This document shows, one piece after another, positions 59,061-64,000 of a DNA stretch of 64,000 nt. Made by a program: the position numbers and the translations under genes. The notes beneath the pieces are model-generated. The model saw only the letters and a list, made by a program, of their open reading frames with translations, was not told the DNA's origin and ran no database searches. Every line of letters begins with the position of its first letter. The stretch's first letter is position 1. The DNA comes from Candidatus Hermodarchaeum yapensis (GTDB taxonomy: Archaea; Asgardarchaeota; Hermodarchaeia; Hermodarchaeales; Hermodarchaeaceae), in contig JAEOSK010000004.1 in assembly GCA_016840405.1 (NCBI GenBank), positions 32,001 to 96,000 on the forward strand, given 5' to 3'.

Positions 59061-60335
59061 CTAGCCGGCCAGGGTCTTGAGGGCTTCAATAAGGGTGTCA
59101 ACTTCTTCGATTAAGTTAAAGTAATGGAAACTAGCTCGCACATTTCCAGCGTAGGTATCCCAAATGTTAAGCAGGCGCATGAGAGGCTGACAACAATGAT
59201 GTCCAGCCCGGGTTAGTATCTTCCATTGGGAATCTAACGCCAGACTCAAGTCATGAGATGCCCAGCCTTCAATGTTGAAACAGACGGCACCCACCTTCCA
59301 AGTCATATCTTCTTTGGGTCCATAGATGACAAGGTTTGGAATTTCCCGTAAACCATCGAGTAGGTGTTTGGTTAATTTGTGTTCATGTTCCACTATTCGC
59401 TGGGTTCCTATTCGGTTAAGATATTTGACCGCAGCGCCTAATCCAATAAGTCCGATGATATTGGGTGTTCCGGGATCCCACCGTCGTGCACGGTGATCGC
59501 TGCGAAGCATATAGTCGTTGGCTGTGACATCTGCGATAGCCCCGCCTCCAACTTCTGCAGGTTCCATTCGTCGGAGGAGTTCATCACGAACATACAGTCC
59601 TCCTGTTCCAGGTGGTCCGAGGGGTCCTTTGTGACCAGAAAAGGAGTAGAAGTCACAGCCCAGGGTTTTGACATTAACAGGCATGTGACCAGCGCCTTGG
59701 GCACCATCAATAAAGACCAGACATTGAGGGTTAGCGGCTTTAATCGCTCGGATAATAGCTGCCACATCGTGTTTTGTACCCATGGCATTGGATGCATGTT
59801 GGAAAGCGACTAACTTGGTGTGTTCATCGACGACCTCAGTGAACATTTCTGGTAATAACCGTCCTTCCTCGGTGGGTGTAATGCTGTGAAATTGGGCATC
59901 GACATGTTTGGCTAGACGCAACCAGGGCAGATAATTTGAATGATGTTCGATAAGCGTGGATACAATTTTACTCTCAGGGGTCCACTTCACGAGCGGTTGA
60001 GCGAATTTGAAACCGGTGCTCCAGCGATTCAGAAATGGATGTTCTAATGAATATGCAACGAAGTTTACAGCTTGAGTCTGATTCCGTGTGAAAATGAATT
60101 CGTCCAGATCACAATGGAGCAACTGTCCTGCGATTTGTTTGCGTGCGTCATCACAAACTTGAGATGCTTTCGCTGCTATAGAATACGCTCCCCTTTCGAT
60201 GTTGGCACAATATTCTTCGAAATATTCAATCATTTCATCGATAATCGGGCTAGGGACTGGGGTGGTTGCAGCATTATCCAAGTAAACATATTGTTGGGTG
60301 ATGGAAAGATCTCGTCGCATGTCTTCAGGCATCAT
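59061..60335 (-). CDS. sufS: Cysteine desulfurase (group II, SufS-like)
   Basis: YLDNAATT, EHHSN, DGAQ, PLP lysine in SGHK, GTPN and RAGHHC. Confidence 0.9.
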   Translation of the reverse strand: MMPEDMRRDLSITQQYVYLDNAATTPVPSPIIDEMIEYFEEYCANIERGAYSIAAKASQVCDDARKQIAGQLLHCDLDEFIFTRNQTQAVNFVAYSLEHPFLNRWSTGFKFAQPLVKWTPESKIVSTLIEHHSNYLPWLRLAKHVDAQFHSITPTEEGRLLPEMFTEVVDEHTKLVAFQHASNAMGTKHDVAAIIRAIKAANPQCLVFIDGAQGAGHMPVNVKTLGCDFYSFSGHKGPLGPPGTGGLYVRDELLRRMEPAEVGGGAIADVTANDYMLRSDHRARRWDPGTPNIIGLIGLGAAVKYLNRIGTQRIVEHEHKLTKHLLDGLREIPNLVIYGPKEDMTWKVGAVCFNIEGWASHDLSLALDSQWKILTRAGHHCCQPLMRLLNIWDTYAGNVRASFHYFNLIEEVDTLIEALKTLAG

Positions 60336-60592
60336 GATTAATCACCAGAAAGTTTTAGACCGTAAGGGCATTGACTAAAGAACCTAAAGATATTACCCTT
60401 CAAAACCTTCATGCTAATAACAAATTTTCCGAGTATCTCTTCACAATAATCAGAAGTAACCTCGCAAAATTGTCACGAATTTCATCTCTGTGGAATTGCC
60501 ATTAGGACGTGGCTAATACTTATATTAATGACATTGACTATGACTTAACGTTGTTAATTCCCACTAACCCCCATTAACGAGGATTCTGAGCT

Positions 60593-60943
60593 ATGGCATT
60601 TCCTTGTCAGACCGTTGCTAGAGAAGCGTTGCCTGCTATTAAAGCAGCGTTAGCGAGGGCTCTAGTAAAAGAGGGAATGACGCAGGTTGAGATTTCCAAA
60701 CTTCTTGGAACTACAGAGGCGACGATTTCGCATTATATGAAAGGGGAACGGGGAACCGCTGTTGTTTTGGGTCAACATATCGTAGATGATATCGATCAAG
60801 TGGCACACAAAATCAAGGAAGGTAGTTTAACAGAAAAACAAACATCCCAAAAGTTGTGTCAAATCTGTCTAAAAGCCCGAAACACCTGCGCAGTGTGTGG
60901 AGCAGAGACAACCCAAGATTGTAATCATTGCACTCACACGTAA
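60593..60943 (+). CDS. Archaeal HTH transcriptional regulator (COG2522-like) with Cys-rich tail
   Basis: PCQ...LPAIKAALA...GMTQVEISKLLGTTEATISHY..GERG, followed by CQIC, CAVC and CNHC. Confidence 0.82.
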   Translation: MAFPCQTVAREALPAIKAALARALVKEGMTQVEISKLLGTTEATISHYMKGERGTAVVLGQHIVDDIDQVAHKIKEGSLTEKQTSQKLCQICLKARNTCAVCGAETTQDCNHCTHT

Positions 60944-61027
60944 CTTGGCTCAGAAGCCGAAATCTTTTGAATAGCTACTTACAAGTAGTGGAGAATAGAA
61001 CACACCGGTTAGGGTGAATACTTCACC

Positions 61028-62236
61028 GTGGCATCCATCCCCAATGTCCTTCGTAAAGAAGGCGTCTTTAGCTTCGTTGTTCTTCTTTTCGTCTGTAGCA
61101 TAATTTGGGCTATGTTTTTGTCCATTTCGTGGGGTGCACATTTCGCACCGCGTATCGCGTTAGACGATGATACGATGCACAAGACGGTTATCTATTACAT
61201 GTTGAATGGTGAAGATTTCTATACAGCTTGGCGACATGCAGCACAGGCTACTGGAGATTTAGGTGATTTACGTATCTATCGGACGCCCCTCATCTTCTAT
61301 CCAGTCGTATTTCTTACTGGTTGGGCAGGTGCAGGCTTTATTTTTCCGTTAAGTGTACTTTGTGTTTGTGTCGCTGCATTGAATCTCATCCTTACATTTT
61401 GGACTACTCGGACCATTACGGGATCGGGTTGGGCAGGCTTGGCGGCAACGGGTGTTCAATATACCTTCTTTTTCAACGTCATTCCCTTATTCCAAATCTC
61501 CCTCTTTGCAATGCCCTTCCTCATTCTAACCATCTATTGGGCGTGGACTGACCGACCATGGTTGGCAGGAGGGTTCCTGGCCATGGCATTTCTCATCAAA
61601 GAAACCTTTGCCTTTGCTCTCCCTGCGATTGTTATCTTCTTCCTGATGAAACGACAAGGACGACACGCCCTGATCATCCTTGGGATTTTCATGGGAGCAT
61701 TGAGTATCTATTTTCTGCATACAATAATTGCACAACCAGTTTCAGGGCTCGAATTATTATTTGGTGCAAGTCTTCCAGTTTTCATTTCAAACCTAGCAGG
61801 ATTTCTCTGGTTTGGTTTTGGAGCCCTATACTACAATGTCTTGGCTCCGGCGACATTTGAGGGCTATTACCCCTCCAACCCAGTTCCTGTATTTATTCCC
61901 TTACCCGTCTTCTATTGCGTGTTGTGTCTTCAGATTATCTTGGTGTGGGGAACCTTCCTATGGTGGACCGTGAGATATATTCGGACCCGACAAACACCTC
62001 CCAAACCCCTTCTGGTAATGGCTCTAATAATGTGGATTGTACCCCTTGTATTTACAGCGACTACTACGGTCTGGGATTTTCCATTGTTCTGGATGGAGTA
62101 TGCCATTTGGCGATGGTTTGCCGCCTCCTATGTGGGATTCCAGTTACTCGTTGCATTAAGCTGGACTAATCTAAAACCTGCGATAAAAAGGACCTTGGCA
62201 GGACTTGTATCATCTACTCCCATTTTTTCTTCGTAA
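61028..62236 (+). CDS. GT-C fold membrane glycosyltransferase-like protein
   Basis: Acidic first loop (LDDD...GEDFY), YRTPL and LIKE motif; multiple TM segments. Confidence 0.65.
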   Translation: MASIPNVLRKEGVFSFVVLLFVCSIIWAMFLSISWGAHFAPRIALDDDTMHKTVIYYMLNGEDFYTAWRHAAQATGDLGDLRIYRTPLIFYPVVFLTGWAGAGFIFPLSVLCVCVAALNLILTFWTTRTITGSGWAGLAATGVQYTFFFNVIPLFQISLFAMPFLILTIYWAWTDRPWLAGGFLAMAFLIKETFAFALPAIVIFFLMKRQGRHALIILGIFMGALSIYFLHTIIAQPVSGLELLFGASLPVFISNLAGFLWFGFGALYYNVLAPATFEGYYPSNPVPVFIPLPVFYCVLCLQIILVWGTFLWWTVRYIRTRQTPPKPLLVMALIMWIVPLVFTATTTVWDFPLFWMEYAIWRWFAASYVGFQLLVALSWTNLKPAIKRTLAGLVSSTPIFSS

Positions 62237-62312
62237 TCGGTTACTCAAAGAAATGCTGAGATGTGCCCTCAATTACACAAGCAGTATAAAAAGCAACATA
62301 CGCCCCATACAA

Positions 62313-62533
62313 GGTTAGTTACCGGCAATCAGAATATTAGACCACCCTTGAGTTAATGCCTCTTGGTGGAGGGCGGTGTTGTTTATTCGGCACCTGCCCT
62401 CCGAACTGTCCGGTAACCGCAGCAGATGCTTGGGAAGCATCCGGGGAGTATTGATGACCCATCTAGACGGATGGCGAGAAGAAACAGGACCCCCATATTT
62501 GGGGAGCAGAGTGGGAGGGGGGATTCATTTTTT
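62313..62533 (+). ncRNA. Candidate structured non-coding RNA of unknown family
   Basis: Six stems in about 190 nt, with G-U pairs favouring the + strand. TATAAAAA at 62285 and a T6 tract at 62528-62533. Confidence 0.55.
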
Positions 62534-63418
62534 CATCGGTGGTTTCCGGATTTGCCATATACGGACCAAACCATCAGCTGATCCCACTGCCAGCCAACGC
62601 CTAGTTGGTGATACCGACACAGTATACACCCCTTTAACAGGTAGTTCATACTGCTTGTGAATCTCACCAGATCGAATGTCCCACATACGAACACCATAAT
62701 CGATGGCCGCAGCGACCTTCTTGTTGTCTGAAGTAAAATCGAGGTCACTGGCCCGAGATTCCAAAGATATTGAAAGATGTTCTTCCCAATCTTTTGTCGA
62801 CCGAATTTTCAGGGTTTGTTCATAGCCTATTGAGCCTAGCCACTCACCATCTGGGGAAAAAGTCACGGCGGAAACTGCAGTTTCGTGTCCTGTTATTTGT
62901 CTGATGAACTCACCGGAGGGAAACTCCCAGAGAAAAATATCATCGCCTAATCCCCCAGCCACTAAGAATTTTCCATCAGGTGAGAATGAAATGGAAGCAA
63001 TATTCCGTCTCAAATTCGTAAGTGTCAGCTGCTCTGTTCCAGATGTCACATCCCAAATCTTGACATGCCCATCATATGAACCAGAAGCAACGTATTCACC
63101 AGTCGGCGAAAATGCCACAGTTGCGACAGTCTTCCTATGTCCACTGAGCGTGTGTTCAAGCGTTCCAGAGGGATACTGCCAAATCTTTACAGTGGCATCT
63201 GTGGATCCCGTTGCCAAGAAGTCACCCTTAGCGGCTATTGCCACTGAATTCACACTGTTCGTATGTCCAAAAAGTGTGTTGAGTTGGTTCCAATCGTTTA
63301 CAGACCAAATTTGGGTGAGATTATCCATTCCACATGTGATTAGTACACTATTATCTAGAGAGAAGAGGATATCAGACACATGGCGAGTATGAGCATCGAT
63401 AACGATGGGCGGATCCAT
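62525..63418 (-). CDS. WD40 repeat beta-propeller protein
   Basis: About 7 GH...WD repeats (e.g. GHRKTVATVAFSPTGEYVASGSYDGHVKIWD). AGGTG SD before MDPP. Confidence 0.93.
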   Translation of the reverse strand: MDPPIVIDAHTRHVSDILFSLDNSVLITCGMDNLTQIWSVNDWNQLNTLFGHTNSVNSVAIAAKGDFLATGSTDATVKIWQYPSGTLEHTLSGHRKTVATVAFSPTGEYVASGSYDGHVKIWDVTSGTEQLTLTNLRRNIASISFSPDGKFLVAGGLGDDIFLWEFPSGEFIRQITGHETAVSAVTFSPDGEWLGSIGYEQTLKIRSTKDWEEHLSISLESRASDLDFTSDNKKVAAAIDYGVRMWDIRSGEIHKQYELPVKGVYTVSVSPTRRWLAVGSADGLVRIWQIRKPPMKK

Positions 63419-63532
63419 TTCGAACGACACCTTCTGAATTCTCTTTTTGGCTTGGAGAGAACGAAGATGTCTATATTGTAGTGTTAGACAGGTAAAAAGC
63501 CTAGCTAGTTGCAAACAAAGAGAACCTTGAAT

Positions 63533-64000
63533 TTAAGGCTCATATCCGAGATTGTGGTATAACTGTTCAACCTCTTTTTTCCAATCAGGAAATGCAGCCA
63601 TCGATTCGGGAAAGCTACGGTAAAGGTTCAGCATTTCTGCCATTGCCCTTGAGACTTTCTGGATCCGTCGGAGTAAGCCAAGTCGTCTTAAACCACGGAG
63701 AAATCGCCCCGCCTTATCAGAGGCTGAGAGTTGAATGCCCTCTCCTGCGTTTGCACGAAGTAAATCTTCTGTGGTGATGATTCGATTGTTGATGACAAAT
63801 TCGAATTCTTCGTTGCCTACTTCTTGGAGTAATCGTCGCATAAGATCCAATGACGCGATTTTTTGACCATAATGATGACGATTATACTCCACGTTGAATC
63901 CCCACAGACCTTCAGCAGAGATGTCACCGGCTTCGATCGCATCTTTGATAAATGGGGTGGCAACGTGACCTGCTTCAATGGCCGAGCCTATCCCGCCTCC
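63533..64000 (-). CDS. Geranylgeranyl reductase family flavoprotein, C-terminal part (5'-truncated by window)
   Basis: The frame is open to the window end and reads GGGIGSAIEAG...AIEAGDISAEGLWGFN, typical of the GGR C-terminus. Confidence 0.8.
   Translation of the reverse strand, partial: GGGIGSAIEAGHVATPFIKDAIEAGDISAEGLWGFNVEYNRHHYGQKIASLDLMRRLLQEVGNEEFEFVINNRIITTEDLLRANAGEGIQLSASDKAGRFLRGLRRLGLLRRIQKVSRAMAEMLNLYRSFPESMAAFPDWKKEVEQLYHNLGYEP

Noticed and set aside
62368-62510. Resemblance of the structured RNA to the FMN riboswitch (AGGGC...GGAUGG.GAGAAG), SRP helix 8 (CAGG...AGCAG), a hammerhead core (UGAUGA...GAAAC) or an LSU rRNA segment
   Set aside because: Only short words match. The required internal motifs and pairings are missing, and there is no downstream co-oriented gene for a riboswitch.
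62525-63418. WD40 protein as the CIA1 partner of the CIA2-like protein
   Set aside because: The repeats are generic, I see no CIA1-specific motif, and the gene is 7.6 kb away in a different transcription unit.

Overview
Gene-dense 64 kb archaeal window, most likely from an Asgard archaeon (inference from TBP, a longin-small GTPase fusion, a CIA2-like DUF59 protein, MtrH, a geranylgeranyl reductase and a WD40 protein). It holds about 55 supportable CDSs: hydantoinase A/B, fatty-acid and amino-acid catabolic enzymes, DNA repair genes (endonuclease IV, Hrq1/SftH-type helicase, MutY/Mig glycosylase, an inactive RadA paralog), Fe-S/sulfur-relay genes, transporters and membrane proteins. I found no rRNA, tRNA, CRISPR array, transposase or integrase. 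Main observations: (1) a co-oriented intergenic repeat of about 43 nt (variable-sequence hairpin followed by TWTCGAAGAC) occurs at least six times between 15.2 and 27.3 kb and separates unrelated accessory genes like cassettes, without matching integron attC; (2) a ~220-nt highly structured candidate ncRNA with its own TATA box lies between convergent genes at 62.3-62.5 kb; (3) a 1619-aa tail-anchored protein has a helical N-terminus and a duplicated Vps62/NPP1-like module; (4) several eukaryote-like or unusual proteins are present. All calls come from reading the sequence by eye; no database searches were run.
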